The notes: a model not told the origin generated them from the sequence alone. DNA of 64,000 nt from Candidatus Poribacteria bacterium (GCA_965198175.1 OZ240245.1:1472001-1536000); one strand, 5' to 3'; positions 39,908-50,185 are shown, counted from the stretch's first letter. Numbers and translations: made by a program.

Positions 39908-40390
39908 GTGACGCCGCAAGAGATTTACACTCGGTTAAAAAGTGAATTTGGAGAATCAATTCTCTCATTTGAAGAAACAATTGTCGATCCCTTTATTGTC
40001 GTTGCCCCTGAGTCGATAGCCGATGTCGGAGGATACCTTGCCGAAGATGAGGCGTTGGCTTTCGATTTTTTGATGTGTCTAAGCGGGGTTGATTTGAGTG
40101 TTAAGGCTGAAGACCTTGAGGTTGTATATCACCTCTTTTCACTGACCCACCGTCACAACGTTGTCCTCAAAATCATCGTCCAAAAAGAAAATCCCCACGT
40201 TCCCACCGTCGAGACAATCTGGAAGACTGCCAATTGGCACGAGCGCGAAACATACGATTTGTACGGGATTGTCTTTGATGGTCACAGCGATCTGCAACGC
40301 ATTTTGCTTCCAGACGATTGGGAAGGACACCCGCTGCGCAAAGATTATAAAGAGCCTGATTTCTATCGGGGTATGCGGGTACCGTATTGA
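39908..40390 (+). CDS. nuoC: NADH-quinone oxidoreductase subunit C
   Basis: ANWHERETYDLYGIVF.GH..RILLPDDWEGHPLRKDY. Confidence 0.96.
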   Translation: MTPQEIYTRLKSEFGESILSFEETIVDPFIVVAPESIADVGGYLAEDEALAFDFLMCLSGVDLSVKAEDLEVVYHLFSLTHRHNVVLKIIVQKENPHVPTVETIWKTANWHERETYDLYGIVFDGHSDLQRILLPDDWEGHPLRKDYKEPDFYRGMRVPY

Positions 40391-40550
40391 TTCGTGGAAT
40401 AGGTTGGGGGAAAGTGCTCGTGAAGGCAGGTTGAACAGAATCCACTTTGACAAATTCCTGAACTATTTATGCAGACACTAGCAAATTCACAGAGACCTCT
40501 GTATAAACGCTACGCCGGGAAACGCAGTTGAAGCTCTAAGGAAATTCACT

Positions 40551-41729
40551 ATGGCAGCGCCAAAACCGGAAAGCAAATTCATTGAACTGAAGCCGTTTTC
40601 AGATGAGATGGTCGTCAACATGGGACCTCAGCATCCCAGTACGCACGGTGTCTTACGGCTTGAACTGAAGCTTGATGGCGAGGTCGTCCGGGAAGCTATC
40701 CCCCATATCGGATATCTGCATCGCTGCTTTGAAAAGCATTCTGAAAATCTGTCTTACCCGCAGATTATTCCGTTTACTGATCGAATGGACTATATCGCGG
40801 CCATGAATCAGAATTGGGGGTTCTGTTTGGCTGTTGAAAAGCTGATGGCGGCTGATGAAAAAAAAGGATTTGAGGTCCCTGAACGTGCAGAATATCTGCG
40901 GGTGCTCATCTGTGAACTGAATCGCATCGGGAGTCATCTCCTATCTTTTGGCACCTATGGCATGGATATTGGTGCGTTTACCCCATTTCTCTACGCTTTT
41001 CGAGATCGTGAGAAAATCCTCCTGCTTTTTGAAAAGATCTGCGGTGCTCGATTGACATATAATTATGTGCGTATTGGTGGGGTGTCGAGGGATATGCCAC
41101 CGAAGTTTCTTGACGAGGTCAAAGAATTTATCGACTATTTCGAGCCGATGATCGATGATTACAACGCGCTCCTGACAAATAACGAGATTTTTATTGAACG
41201 CACAACAGGTGTCGCTGTAATGGACAAAGAGATGGCGATCAACTACGGTATCACTGGTCCAAATCTCCGGGGAGCGGGGTTTCAATGGGACTTGCGTAAG
41301 GATGAACCGTACTCAATATATGATCGATTCGACTTTGACATTGCGTATGGCAAAGATATACCAGAAATTGGGGCGGTCCTTGGTGATTGCTGGAATCGGT
41401 ACAAGGTGCGGATGGACGAGTTGAAACAGTCCGTCCGGATTATCCGCCAGATACTTGAGGGTAATTTCCCTGATGGACCGATCATGGCGGAATTAAAAGC
41501 GGTTCGTCCGCCTAAGGGCGAGATTTTTTTCCGGAGTGAGGCGCCGCGTGGTGAGCTCGGATTTTATATCGTGAGCGATGGCACCCCTAAACCGGTCCGA
41601 GTGAAAGCCAAATCACCGTGTTTCACCGCTTTAAGCGCGTTGCAAGAACTCAGTAAAGGATTAATGATCGCCGATATTATCGCGATTATCGGCAGTATAG
41701 ATATTGTGATGGGAGAAGTAGATCGCTAA
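40551..41729 (+). CDS. nuoD: NADH-quinone oxidoreductase subunit D
   Basis: NMGPQHPSTHGVLRL, GYLHR, DIVMGEVDR; no NiFe CxxC motifs. Confidence 0.97.
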   Translation: MAAPKPESKFIELKPFSDEMVVNMGPQHPSTHGVLRLELKLDGEVVREAIPHIGYLHRCFEKHSENLSYPQIIPFTDRMDYIAAMNQNWGFCLAVEKLMAADEKKGFEVPERAEYLRVLICELNRIGSHLLSFGTYGMDIGAFTPFLYAFRDREKILLLFEKICGARLTYNYVRIGGVSRDMPPKFLDEVKEFIDYFEPMIDDYNALLTNNEIFIERTTGVAVMDKEMAINYGITGPNLRGAGFQWDLRKDEPYSIYDRFDFDIAYGKDIPEIGAVLGDCWNRYKVRMDELKQSVRIIRQILEGNFPDGPIMAELKAVRPPKGEIFFRSEAPRGELGFYIVSDGTPKPVRVKAKSPCFTALSALQELSKGLMIADIIAIIGSIDIVMGEVDR

Positions 41730-41801
41730 GCATTGTAACGCAGTGCTTCTACTTCTGATACCGTGGTAATAGAACACGTATGCTCCACATAGGGAGTCCG
41801 G

Positions 41802-43052
41802 ATGTTTCCTGTTCTACAGCAGTTTATTCAAGAAACCTTTCCAGAATTCTTGGGGCAAGGAAACAATGAAAAGTTGGCAGATTTGGTTCTGGAATTCATG
41901 CGGACGCACGTCCCATTTGTGGCGTCGCTTCCTCTCCCCGTGTCACAACTGATTGCGATGCTCGCCGTTTGTGTTATCTTCGTTGCCGTCGTTCCGTTGC
42001 TTCCGCTGGTCTTGGTCTTGGCGGAAAGAAAGGTATCCGCCCATATCCAGGATCGGGTCGGACCGATGCGAGTCGGTCCTCACGGTGTACTTCAGACATT
42101 GGCAGACGGCGTTAAACTTATTTTCAAAGAGGACCATATTCCGCGGCAAGGCGACAAGATTCTCTTCATCGTTGCGCCATATATAATTTTTGCATGTTCT
42201 TTTGCGGTGTTTGCGGCTATCCCATTTGGCAAATCGATCTTGGTGAGCGACCTGAATATTGGAATCTTCTATATCATGGCAATCTCCTCCGTTGTTGTGA
42301 TCGGAGTAATTATGGCAGGGTGGGCGTCCAATAGCAAATGGTCGCTGTTGGGTGCGTTACGCTCGGCTGCACAGATTGTCAGCTATGAAATCCCTGTCGG
42401 TCTTTCGATTTTGGCGGTCGTAATGCTTGTGGAAAGCCTGAAGATGCAGGAGATTGTGAGGAATCAGGGCGACTTGGGGATATTGAGTTGGATCATCTTT
42501 CGTACTCCGTTCACTTTTATCGCTTTTTTTGTTTTCTTTATATCGGCGATTGCAGAGGTTAATCGAACCCCCTTTGATCTGCCGGAGGCGGAGTCGGAAC
42601 TGGTAGCGGGATTTCACACTGAATATAGCGGTATGCGTTTCGCGTTGTTCTTCATTGCGGAATACGCGAATATGTTTGCCGTGAGTGCAATTGCATCAAC
42701 ATTATTCCTCGGCGGTTGGAAAGGCATACTACCCGGCTATGATTTTCTAGGTGGAACGCCTGGCTTCGTTATCAAGACTCTGTTTCTCGTTTTCATCATG
42801 ATGTGGATACGATGGACGCTGCCTCGGCTTCGTGTCGATCAACTTATGAATCTGTGTTGGAAATATCTTATCCCAATCTCATTCTTTAACATTCTTGGGA
42901 TTGGAATATGGGTGCTCATTTTTCAAAACGACAAACATCCGGCATATGTTGGTATTAGCTTGTTGATTATTATTTTAGGAATCATCGGTGCATATTTGGT
43001 CTTAGGAAGGCGTTCATCGCAAAGTCCCGCACCAGGGGCGAGTTCAGCGTAG
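41802..43052 (+). CDS. nuoH: NADH-quinone oxidoreductase subunit H
   Basis: ERKVSAHIQDRVGP, AQIVSYE, NRTPFDLPEAESELVAGFHTEYSG. Confidence 0.96.
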   Translation: MFPVLQQFIQETFPEFLGQGNNEKLADLVLEFMRTHVPFVASLPLPVSQLIAMLAVCVIFVAVVPLLPLVLVLAERKVSAHIQDRVGPMRVGPHGVLQTLADGVKLIFKEDHIPRQGDKILFIVAPYIIFACSFAVFAAIPFGKSILVSDLNIGIFYIMAISSVVVIGVIMAGWASNSKWSLLGALRSAAQIVSYEIPVGLSILAVVMLVESLKMQEIVRNQGDLGILSWIIFRTPFTFIAFFVFFISAIAEVNRTPFDLPEAESELVAGFHTEYSGMRFALFFIAEYANMFAVSAIASTLFLGGWKGILPGYDFLGGTPGFVIKTLFLVFIMMWIRWTLPRLRVDQLMNLCWKYLIPISFFNILGIGIWVLIFQNDKHPAYVGISLLIIILGIIGAYLVLGRRSSQSPAPGASSA

Positions 43053-43069
43053 GGCAAGGAGGATTGAAC

Positions 43070-43723
43070 ATGCGTCAATATTTCGCAAATATCTACATCG
43101 GCGTTTACACTGTTTTCGTTGGTATGGCAATCACCTTTAAGCAGATGTTAAAACCTTCTGTGACTCACCAATATCCCTATGAACATTCGTTCGAGCGGAA
43201 GAAAAACGTACGTGATATCCCCCAAGGCTATCGAGGACAACTTTACAATCGTATTGAGGACTGCATCGGCTGCAAAAAATGCGAGATGATTTGCCCCGTT
43301 GACTGTATTGATATCACCACCGAAAAACTGCCCAAAGGGGAAAGGCTTTGGGATAGCATGAACGTCGTCCACCTCAAAGATAGGACCGAAATCGTGGGAA
43401 TGATTGAAGGGGACGAGAAAATTGAGTCGAACACATCCGTTTCGATTCAGACCCGGGAGCGGGGTAGCGTGGAGGTTCCAAGTGAACGGATCGCTCGCGT
43501 TGTCGAACGAAAGCCGGTAATCTTTTACCTGGATAAGTTTGACATTGACATGTCGCTATGTATGTATTGCGGGCTCTGCACCGAAGTTTGTCCGACAGAA
43601 TGCCTGATAATGATTGATACACTTGAAGGCATTGAGTATTCAACTTTCGATCGGACAAACTTAATCTTCAAGTTTGCAAAGCCAGAAATGTACGATAAAC
43701 CGCTTGATGAAGCTACTGATTAA
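43070..43723 (+). CDS. nuoI: NADH-quinone oxidoreductase subunit I with inserted domain
   Basis: T.QYPYE; CIGCKKCEMICP and CMYCGLCTEVCP; GGAGG before ATG 43070. Confidence 0.93.
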   Translation: MRQYFANIYIGVYTVFVGMAITFKQMLKPSVTHQYPYEHSFERKKNVRDIPQGYRGQLYNRIEDCIGCKKCEMICPVDCIDITTEKLPKGERLWDSMNVVHLKDRTEIVGMIEGDEKIESNTSVSIQTRERGSVEVPSERIARVVERKPVIFYLDKFDIDMSLCMYCGLCTEVCPTECLIMIDTLEGIEYSTFDRTNLIFKFAKPEMYDKPLDEATD

Positions 43724-43728
43724 AGTAT

Positions 43729-44241
43729 ATGGAACTTAAACCGTTAGTATTTTATGTTTTTGCCCTGCTCACCATTGGATCAGCGGTTATCGTTGTGACA
43801 GTACGAAACATCGTTCATGCCGCCTTTTCGCTGATGGTAACGCTCTTTAGCATTGCGGGGCTTTATGTATTTTTACAAGCAGATTTCCTCGCTGCAACTC
43901 AAGTAATCGTCTATGTCGGTGGAATTCTCGTGCTTATTCTCTTTGGCGTAATGATGACCAGCGGTCGATTGGACATGAAACTTAAAATGGAGCGCGGGCA
44001 GCTTTTCTGGGGAGGATTGGTTTCCATCTTAATCTTTTGGCTGCTTTTGGGTGTTATGAGAAGCACCCCGTGGAACGTTCAAGAAGATTTGGGTTCTGTG
44101 GAAGGAACGACTTCTCAGATAGGTAAGACCATATTGCAAAAAGAATTCCTGCTCCCCTTTGAGGTTGCCTCGGTGATTTTGCTGATTGCGTTAATCGGCG
44201 CAGTGTTAATTTCACGCAAGGAAGTCCGAGAAGATGAATGA
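43729..44241 (+). CDS. nuoJ: NADH-quinone oxidoreductase subunit J
   Basis: NIVHAAF, QVIVYVGGILVL, LPFEVASVILL. Confidence 0.96.
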   Translation: MELKPLVFYVFALLTIGSAVIVVTVRNIVHAAFSLMVTLFSIAGLYVFLQADFLAATQVIVYVGGILVLILFGVMMTSGRLDMKLKMERGQLFWGGLVSILIFWLLLGVMRSTPWNVQEDLGSVEGTTSQIGKTILQKEFLLPFEVASVILLIALIGAVLISRKEVREDE

Positions 44242-44545
44242 CCTGACACCATACCTTGTCATTAGTACAACCTTATTCTCTCTTGGTATCTTCGCCGTTT
44301 TGACACGGCGCAACGCCATTAGCATATTGATGGGGATTGAACTAATTCTCAACTCCTGTAATCTCAATTTTGCTGCTTTTTCTCGGTTTGTGACACCCAC
44401 CGATGACATCAGTGGACAAATCATCTCCATTTTTGGAATTGTGCTAGCCGCTGCCGAAGCAGCCGTGTTTTTGGCGATTATTCTGGCAATCTACAGAGAG
44501 TTTAGTACAATTAGCCCAGATGAAACCGATAGCTTGAAAGGATAG
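44234..44545 (+). CDS. nuoK: NADH-quinone oxidoreductase subunit K
   Basis: RRNAISILMGIELILN, AAAEAAV. Confidence 0.96.
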   Translation: MNDLTPYLVISTTLFSLGIFAVLTRRNAISILMGIELILNSCNLNFAAFSRFVTPTDDISGQIISIFGIVLAAAEAAVFLAIILAIYREFSTISPDETDSLKG

Positions 44546-44799
44546 ATGCTTGTGCGTTTTAGCTGGTGCCAAGTATTGAACGTCTTTCTGTGGAACTCCA
44601 GTTTGGCAAATCGCATCGTGCTGATGCGCACTGCGATCCGTTCATTGGCTCCGTTGTGCTTAAAGCGATTGGCTTTGTCGTCGATTGTGATAAGGGTGCG
44701 CTGTGCCCCACGCGATCTGGTTTATTTGACTTCGGCATTCAGTCCATAACCCTCTAATTGCGGCTTTTGACCGCGTATTTCGACATCAGGAAGGGTGGT

Positions 44800-46986
44800 A
44801 TGCCCGTTGTTCTTCTTTTTAGCATAATTTTGCTTTGTCCGCTCGCAGCGTTCTCGATTTTTAGCCTCCTGTCGTTAACCGGGCGCAATTCCCCCCGCCA
44901 AGATCTCATCTCAACCGCGGCAATGCTTATTGCATTTGTCTGCGCTCTTCTGCTATTTACTACTGCCAGTCCTGAAAAACCAGACCACCACACGCTCACA
45001 TGGTTGCCGCTCGAAGAGGTCAACTTTTCGATGGGGTTTTACTTCGACAGTGTAACAGCCATTATGTTACTGGTCGTCACAATTGTCAGTAGCCTCGTGC
45101 ATATCTTTTCGATCGGTTATATGCACGGAGATCCACGCTACCCTCGATTCTTCGCCTTTCTTTCGTTATTCTCTTTTTCGATGTTGTTCCTGGTTGTATC
45201 GGATAACTTGTTAGGCATCTATATTGGCTGGGAGCTGGTCGGGCTATGTTCGTATTTGCTGATTGGATTTTGGTTTGAAAAAGACTCGGCGGCAAATGCG
45301 TGTAAAAAAGCTTTCCTGACAACCCGTGTGGGTGACGTTGGGATGTTCATCGGGATGATGATGTTGTTCGCCAAATTCCGAACGCTAGCGCTTTATGGAG
45401 AAGATGGAATTTTCGCACTTGCAGAACATTTGAGGGCGGGTGACTTGACATGGCTTTCAATCGCCGGCGTGCTTATCTTCTGTGGTGCTGTTGGAAAATC
45501 CGCACAAGTTCCGCTGCACACATGGCTGCCGGATGCGATGGAAGGTCCCACGCCAGTGAGCGCATTAATTCATGCTGCAACGATGGTGGCTGCCGGTGTC
45601 TATCTCGCCGCACGTATGTTCCCGCTCCTAACGCCGGATTCATCGTTGGTCATTGCGTATATCGGTGGAATCACAGCGTTGTTAGCAGCAACAATTGCTA
45701 TCGTTCGATTTGATATCAAGCGCGTGTTAGCTTATTCCACAATCAGCCAACTTGGCTATATGATGTTGGCAATCGGTGCGGGTAGCTATGTCGCCGGACT
45801 CTTTCACCTGACTACGCACGCATTCTTCAAAGCCTTGTTGTTCCTCGGATCGGGTAGTGTCATTCACGCGTTTCATGCCAGCCACCATTCACACAACCAC
45901 GACAATGAACATGGTCATCCGCATGGATCCCAAGCGCCATTCGCGAGTTTTGGAATTGATCCGGCACAGGATATGCGTCACATGGGTGGATTGAGGCGCA
46001 AGATGCCTATCACTTTCGTGACTATGCTTATCGCAACATTGTCAATTTCAGGTGTTCCTTATCTCTTCTCGGGATTCTGGAGTAAAGATGCAATTCTTGT
46101 TGAGGTTCTCTACAGAGCGATGTCGTGGAATTCCGTTCACCATTATATTTTGTTTTGCACGGCAGCTCTTGCCGCTGTAATTACTGCATTTTACATGTTC
46201 CGCCTGATTTTCATGACCTTTTTCGGTGAGCCGCGCAATCGAGAGATGTATGAGCATGTCCATGAATCTCCGAAGGTTATGACGGTTCCGCTAATTATTT
46301 TGGCGATTCTCAGTTTTCCAATTGTCAATAAAGGGATGTTTGAACACTATGTGAAAACTCCGCAACAACCTCACGTTGATTCGCCCGACCATGCGCAGGA
46401 CAGTCGGAGCCGAGGCGTCCTGTTCGCGCAAGCGGGGTTTTCAGATGCCCATGCTGCTGAAGAGGCGCTCCATCACCATGATGACCATGCAGCAGCAGTG
46501 GTACATCACGATCCGATCCATGACAAGGCACATCATATCGTTGTACCTTTATCATTTGTTATCGTCATACTGGGCGTTGGGCTATCCGCATTTTTCTATT
46601 ACTGGAAAAAGATTTCCGCCGAAGCCATCGCGGCAAAATTCCGCCCAATCTATATTCTTTTCTGGAACAAATATTATTTTGATGAATTCTACAATGGTGT
46701 AATTGTTGCGTTGACCGTCGCAAGTTCAAGATTCCTTGGACTTTTCGATTTGCGCGTCATTGATGGCATTGTCAACGGCATTGGATTCACCGTGCGCGAG
46801 TTGTTTTCTCGATTAATCGGCTGGTTCGACAACACCTTCGTCGATGGAATCGTCAATTGGGTGGCGCAGGTTACCCTGTTAGTGGGAGGCAAAATCAGGC
46901 GAGTTCAAACGGGGATGATTCAAAACTACTTGCTGATTATCTTGGGAGGATTAGTGTTGCTGATTTTAATTTTACGAAGTTTATAA
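44800..46986 (+). CDS. nuoL: NADH-quinone oxidoreductase subunit L
   Basis: WELVGLCSYLLIGFW, WLPDAMEGPTPVSALIHAATMV, HAFFKALLFL; ATG 44800 preferred. Confidence 0.96.
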   Translation: MPVVLLFSIILLCPLAAFSIFSLLSLTGRNSPRQDLISTAAMLIAFVCALLLFTTASPEKPDHHTLTWLPLEEVNFSMGFYFDSVTAIMLLVVTIVSSLVHIFSIGYMHGDPRYPRFFAFLSLFSFSMLFLVVSDNLLGIYIGWELVGLCSYLLIGFWFEKDSAANACKKAFLTTRVGDVGMFIGMMMLFAKFRTLALYGEDGIFALAEHLRAGDLTWLSIAGVLIFCGAVGKSAQVPLHTWLPDAMEGPTPVSALIHAATMVAAGVYLAARMFPLLTPDSSLVIAYIGGITALLAATIAIVRFDIKRVLAYSTISQLGYMMLAIGAGSYVAGLFHLTTHAFFKALLFLGSGSVIHAFHASHHSHNHDNEHGHPHGSQAPFASFGIDPAQDMRHMGGLRRKMPITFVTMLIATLSISGVPYLFSGFWSKDAILVEVLYRAMSWNSVHHYILFCTAALAAVITAFYMFRLIFMTFFGEPRNREMYEHVHESPKVMTVPLIILAILSFPIVNKGMFEHYVKTPQQPHVDSPDHAQDSRSRGVLFAQAGFSDAHAAEEALHHHDDHAAAVVHHDPIHDKAHHIVVPLSFVIVILGVGLSAFFYYWKKISAEAIAAKFRPIYILFWNKYYFDEFYNGVIVALTVASSRFLGLFDLRVIDGIVNGIGFTVRELFSRLIGWFDNTFVDGIVNWVAQVTLLVGGKIRRVQTGMIQNYLLIILGGLVLLILILRSL

Positions 46987-47131
46987 CACATGAAATTACG
47001 CTTTCCATATGGGTAGCAAATAATCTAAGGCGAATAAATCAGATTTGGATGTATTTATCACGAAAAACAAAGGTCAATAGACTGTAGCGTATTAAACACA
47101 TTAGGGACTTTTGACAGGAGGATTTCACCGG

Positions 47132-48616
47132 ATGTTCCTATCATTGATGATCTTTATACCGCTCGTGGGGATGGTTGTTGTTTTGCTCATCCCGCGTAAT
47201 CAAGAAGAGCTGGCGAGGAAGGTGACGCTCGGCATTACACTGATTCCCTTGCTTCTGGCGGTGATTCTTTTTATACAATATGATCGATCGGCTTCAGAAC
47301 TTCAATTTGAGTTTGAAAGCGTTTGGATCGAAGCGTTCGATATTCACTACCATATCGGCATAAACGGCTTCAGTGTTACCTTGCTACTCTTAACGGCGTT
47401 ATTGGGACCAATCTGCGTGCTGGCATCGTGGCGAAATATTGAGAAAGGCGTCAAAGCGTATTTCGCTCTGTTTTTGCTGCTGGAGACAGGGATGATCGGC
47501 TTCTTTTGCGCTCAAGACCTATTCCTGTTCTACGTTTTTTTCGAGGTGACGCTTCTGCCGATGTATTTCCTGATCGGGATCTGGGGCGGTCCCCGTCGAG
47601 AGTATGCTGCGATTAAGTTTTTCTTGTATACGCTGTTCGGTGGGGTTCTGATGCTGATTGCCATCATAGCTGTCTACATTAAGGGTGGAACTTTTGATAT
47701 TCCGAAGCTGATCGAGCTTGCTAACCAAGAGGGGCATCCACTCGCAGATCGCACTTTTCAGATTTGGGCTTTCTTAGGTTTCTTCATCGGCTTTGCGGTG
47801 AAAGTTCCCATCTTTCCCTTCCACACATGGCTACCTGACGCACACGTGGAGGCACCGACTGCAATTAGCGTCATCCTCGCAGGTATTCTCCTGAAAATGG
47901 GCACCTATGGGCTGTTTCTTATCAATTTTGCCATGTTGCCGAAAGGAATGGATCTTTTCTGCAACGGCGAGGGCAGGTGGGGGAGTGCCTTAGCAATCCT
48001 TGGCTTTGTCAACATTGTCTATGGTTCACTGTGTGCATTAGCACAAAAGGATTTTAAGAAACTTGTTGCTTACTCCAGTATCGCGCACATGGGATTCGTC
48101 ATTTTAGGACTTGCGGCGCGCAACGAAAGCGGATTGAACGGTGCAATTCTCCAGATGTTCAACCACGGTGTGATTAGCGCAATGTTGTTCCTCTTGGTGG
48201 GTGTAGTTTATGATCGCGCGCATCATCGGGAAATCGGAGGTTTTGGTGGATTAGGAAGCCAGATGCCAATATATACAGGCATTACAACCGTAGCGTTTAT
48301 GGCGTCTCTGGGACTGCCCGGGCTCAGCGGTTTTGTCGGTGAAGCGTTGTCTTTGCTGGGCGCGTATGACAAATTTCCGACATTGACGATTCTGTCGACA
48401 ATTGGAATCGTTGTTGGCGCTGCCTACTTCCTTTGGACATTGCAACGGGTTTTCTTGGGCCAACTTAATCCGAAATACGCGGATATGCCCGAAATCAATC
48501 ACCGTGAAATCGTAACGCTCGTACCGCTAGGCATTTTAACAATTGTGCTCGGCATTTGGCCGTCTCTTGCCATTGATATGTTTAATCAGGCAGTTAAGGT
48601 TTTGATAGTGCCATAA
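47132..48616 (+). CDS. nuoM: NADH-quinone oxidoreductase subunit M
   Basis: FPFHTWLPDAHVEAP, AYSSIAHMG, LPGLSGFVGE; AGGAGG before ATG 47132. Confidence 0.96.
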   Translation: MFLSLMIFIPLVGMVVVLLIPRNQEELARKVTLGITLIPLLLAVILFIQYDRSASELQFEFESVWIEAFDIHYHIGINGFSVTLLLLTALLGPICVLASWRNIEKGVKAYFALFLLLETGMIGFFCAQDLFLFYVFFEVTLLPMYFLIGIWGGPRREYAAIKFFLYTLFGGVLMLIAIIAVYIKGGTFDIPKLIELANQEGHPLADRTFQIWAFLGFFIGFAVKVPIFPFHTWLPDAHVEAPTAISVILAGILLKMGTYGLFLINFAMLPKGMDLFCNGEGRWGSALAILGFVNIVYGSLCALAQKDFKKLVAYSSIAHMGFVILGLAARNESGLNGAILQMFNHGVISAMLFLLVGVVYDRAHHREIGGFGGLGSQMPIYTGITTVAFMASLGLPGLSGFVGEALSLLGAYDKFPTLTILSTIGIVVGAAYFLWTLQRVFLGQLNPKYADMPEINHREIVTLVPLGILTIVLGIWPSLAIDMFNQAVKVLIVP

Positions 48617-48653
48617 AAGGTTAGAAACTCTCGGCGGTAGCAACCGGAGTCGG

Positions 48654-50141
48654 ATGGAGGCATATTTGGATTCATTGAACAACGTTCAAAGCATTCGTTA
48701 TTTTATCCCTGAATTGATTTTAGTTGCATTTGCAGTAGGGGTAATCATATTCGATCTGCTGGGTCGACAGGAAAGCGACAAAAGGGCGGCGCATTTATCA
48801 CTTGTGGGACTTGCTGTGACGCTCATTGCAATTCTCCTAGTCGGCGCCGTGGATCGCTCCCTTTTCCTTGGTATGATTCAGCTCGATAGTTTTGCGGTGT
48901 TCTTTAAGGTTATCATCTTGATTACGACAGCCGTCACTATTCTGTTTTCAATGGGTTCTGAGGAACTCGATCCGCGAACAAGAGGTGAGTATTACGCACT
49001 TCTGCTAGCAGTCACGCTGGGTATGTTCCTCATGGCGTCATCAACGCATCTGCTCATGATCTACCTCTCGATTGAAACCGTCAGCTTGGCATCATATATC
49101 TTAGCCGGCTTTTTAACGCACAGCCCGCGGTCGAGTGAAGCGGCGTTCAAGTATATCATCTACGGCGCTGTTGCCTCAGGAACCATGCTATTCGGTATCT
49201 CACTAATATTTGGTCTGACGGGCACAGGAGATGTCATGCAGGTCAGCAATGCCCTGGCAGAGATATTCAGGTCAGGAGGGGGCGATTATCAATTAGCGGT
49301 GTTGGTGTCGATTATATTTGTCCTTGCGGGCGTCGGTTACAAAATCGCTTCTGTTCCGTTTCACATGTGGTCGCCCGATGTGTATGAGGGTGCACCGATT
49401 CCAATAACGGCGTTTCTGTCCGTTGCTTCCAAATCTGCCGGTTTTGCGCTGTTTATCCGTCTCTTTTATTCGGGATTTCGTTCGGCAAATGTCCTCGAAT
49501 CCGTTGATTGGCCCTTGCTGTTAGCGGTCCTTGCCGCTTTAACCATGACCGTTGGAAATCTGGCAGCGCTTCCACAACAGAATGTCAAGCGCCTCCTTGC
49601 TTACTCAAGCATTGCGCACGGGGGGTACTTGCTTATGGGCGGGGTTTTATTGACTGCCGAGGGAATTCAGGCAATTCTTTTTTATCTAATCATTTATCTG
49701 TTCATGAATCTGGGTGCTTTCTTCGTTGTTATTCTCATCGCGGAACAGATTGGCAGTGAAACCATAGACGGGTACCGTGGGCTTGTTACCCGGGCGCCCT
49801 TGGTTGCGATATCCATGGGGATTTTCCTCTTTTCTTTGACGGGTATTCCGCCACTTTCAGGATTTATTGGCAAATGGCTACTTTTTAAAGCGGTACTCAC
49901 AAAAGAATTCTACTGGTTGGCGATTATTGGCTTGCTTAACAGTGTTGTATCTCTGTATTACTATGTGCGAATCGTCAAAGCGATGTTTCTGGACACCTCG
50001 GACGAACCCAAGCCCGTCTCCTTTTCAATCGGCAATCGTGCCTTGGTTGTGGTTTTTGTTGTACCGACTATCGTGTTAGGGCTTTACTGGGGGCCTGTGT
50101 ATGAACTGTCCAAAGCATCACTCGGAAAAATTCTGGGCTAA
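48654..50141 (+). CDS. nuoN: NADH-quinone oxidoreductase subunit N
   Basis: SSEAAFKY, VPFHMWSPDVYEGAP, KRLLAYSSIAH, GIPPLSGFIGK. Confidence 0.96.
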   Translation: MEAYLDSLNNVQSIRYFIPELILVAFAVGVIIFDLLGRQESDKRAAHLSLVGLAVTLIAILLVGAVDRSLFLGMIQLDSFAVFFKVIILITTAVTILFSMGSEELDPRTRGEYYALLLAVTLGMFLMASSTHLLMIYLSIETVSLASYILAGFLTHSPRSSEAAFKYIIYGAVASGTMLFGISLIFGLTGTGDVMQVSNALAEIFRSGGGDYQLAVLVSIIFVLAGVGYKIASVPFHMWSPDVYEGAPIPITAFLSVASKSAGFALFIRLFYSGFRSANVLESVDWPLLLAVLAALTMTVGNLAALPQQNVKRLLAYSSIAHGGYLLMGGVLLTAEGIQAILFYLIIYLFMNLGAFFVVILIAEQIGSETIDGYRGLVTRAPLVAISMGIFLFSLTGIPPLSGFIGKWLLFKAVLTKEFYWLAIIGLLNSVVSLYYYVRIVKAMFLDTSDEPKPVSFSIGNRALVVVFVVPTIVLGLYWGPVYELSKASLGKILG

Positions 50142-50144
50142 GCC

Positions 50145-50173
50145 TTGACAAGAATCTGAGTTCCTGTTATAAT
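50145..50173 (+). promoter_or_regulatory. Consensus sigma70 promoter of the tRNA operon
   Basis: TTGACA-17 nt-TATAAT with TG. Confidence 0.85.
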
Positions 50174-50185
50174 TCAAACTGGCTT

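Noticed and set aside
44546..44757. Two small ORFs between nuoK and nuoL
   Set aside because: No clear RBS, no recognisable motif or TM; treated as intergenic.
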